This document shows, one piece after another, positions 62,606-64,000 of a stretch of DNA of 64,000 nt. The stretch is taken from positions 14,818,001 to 14,882,000 of the forward strand of contig OX597818.1 of the NCBI GenBank assembly GCA_951406725.2, written 5' to 3'. A model generated the notes under the pieces. The model was not told the DNA's origin. It saw nothing but the letters and a program-made list of their open reading frames with translations, and did not search any database. The DNA comes from Octopus vulgaris. Taxonomy: Eukaryota. Positions within the stretch are counted from its first letter, which is position 1. The number at the start of each line of letters is the position of its first letter. The translations under genes and the position numbers were made by a program.

Positions 62606-63190
62606 AAAGATACATGCAAATGCGTGCACACACACACACACACACACATTACAATACAATCAATTGTACTGGATACTTTGTCAGTCTTGGGATTGTGAAT
62701 TTATATGTATTTATGTATATACACACATATATGAGTATCTATATTAATGTTTATATATGCACACATGTATATGTGTTTGTGTATACACTCACTAACAAAC
62801 ACGCAAGCATACATATTACATATGAGTGTGTAGTTTTATGTAACTATTGAAATTATATTTGTATTTCATTTTGTCTATATTTAATATGCAGAAAAACCTC
62901 ACCATATACACTCACTTTTTTTCTCTCTCACTAACTTATCCTTACACACACACACACACACGCGCGCGCATCATTGCTTGTTTTTTTTTTGTGTGTGTGT
63001 AAGTAAGTAAATAGATATAATAGCTTCATGAGTAATTATAATAGCTGTATTGTGTGTTTAGTGTTTGTTCTGCCTGACTGCAAAATGCCACATGCTGCCT
63101 CAGTATAAATGAAAATATGACCTTAGAAATTCAACTGTCATTGGTATTTGTCAATTGTCAAATAACAAATTTGTTGTGAAGGGCAATAAT

Positions 63191-63231
<41 letters not shown>

Positions 63232-64000
63232 ATTTCTGTAAATGTAAATTGATTTCTTAAACTAAGAGCAATTGTCAAGAAAAAAAAATGTTGATTTCAT
63301 TCAAAATTTAATTTACTTGGTAGATATCTTTTATCTTCAATCTTTTATCATACTTCAGTCATTGGACTGTGTCTATGCTGGGACAACTTCTTAAAGAGTT
63401 TTATTTGGACAAATTGACCTCTGTGCTTCGTTTTTTTTTTCTTTTTTATGCCTGGTATATATTCTACCCGTCTAATTGCCATACCACTAAGTTATAGAAG
63501 CAATCTAACCAGCACCAGTTGTCAAGCGGTGGTGAAGGAAACACACACGTGCACAAACACATTCATGCATACACACACACACACACACATATATATACAT
63601 ATATACATGTGATATATATAAATTTTTACCTGTATGGTGTTTTTACATGCTGGCTACTGACAAAGATTATTAATAGATTTTATCCTTAAGTATGTAGGCA
63701 ATATATATATGATGCCATCTACCAGCCTGGACATCATTTCTCTTGTCTACCGACATTTTTTATTCCAACTATTTTCTTTTTTTTTCTACTCATTCTATTT
63801 CCATTGAAAATTTCTCCCAAGGCGTTACCCATTAAAATTCATCTTGGCCCAACGGCCCTTAATGATTGTCTTTGTCGATTATTTACTTTCTATGTCCATT
63901 CTGTTGTTTGTTCATTCGAGGCCCTAACTCTCCACAAATTTTATATTTTTAAAATTTCTTGATGCTGCTGTCTCATGAAGCTTTCCTATATTGTTGTTAA

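Overview
This is an AT-rich, repeat-dense animal genomic window. The SINE, RTE-tail and microsatellite families look like coleoid cephalopod DNA, probably Octopus; this is an inference from repeat content and was not searched. Most of the window is transposon debris. It holds about 15-18 copies of a ~400-bp tRNA-headed SINE with a central (TA)n(TG)n tract, several other SINE families and (GAT)n-tailed RTE-type 3' ends. DNA transposons include four decayed IS630-Tc1-mariner elements (DD34D, DD41D, two DD37D), a Tigger remnant, two complete hAT elements with TIRs and 8-bp TSDs, Helitron pieces and MITEs. LINE and Penelope fragments are also present. One plausible spliced host gene for a membrane protein starts near 48.2 kb on the + strand, and there is a weak exon candidate on the - strand near 11 kb. 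Four observations stand out. (1) A tRNA-headed SINE carries a Penelope-type minimal hammerhead ribozyme and shares an 18-nt terminus with the Penelope RT locus; three related hammerhead tails sit in (TA)n tracts. (2) An otherwise intact 610-aa hAT transposase is broken only by a 61-bp retro-insertion that forms a frame-restoring GT..AG intron candidate. (3) A degenerate HDV-like ribozyme heads a non-autonomous RTE derivative. (4) One hAT element has been hit by three nested insertions from three different mechanisms. Most ORFs in the supplied track are artefacts of SINEs and microsatellites. All calls were made by eye, without database searches.
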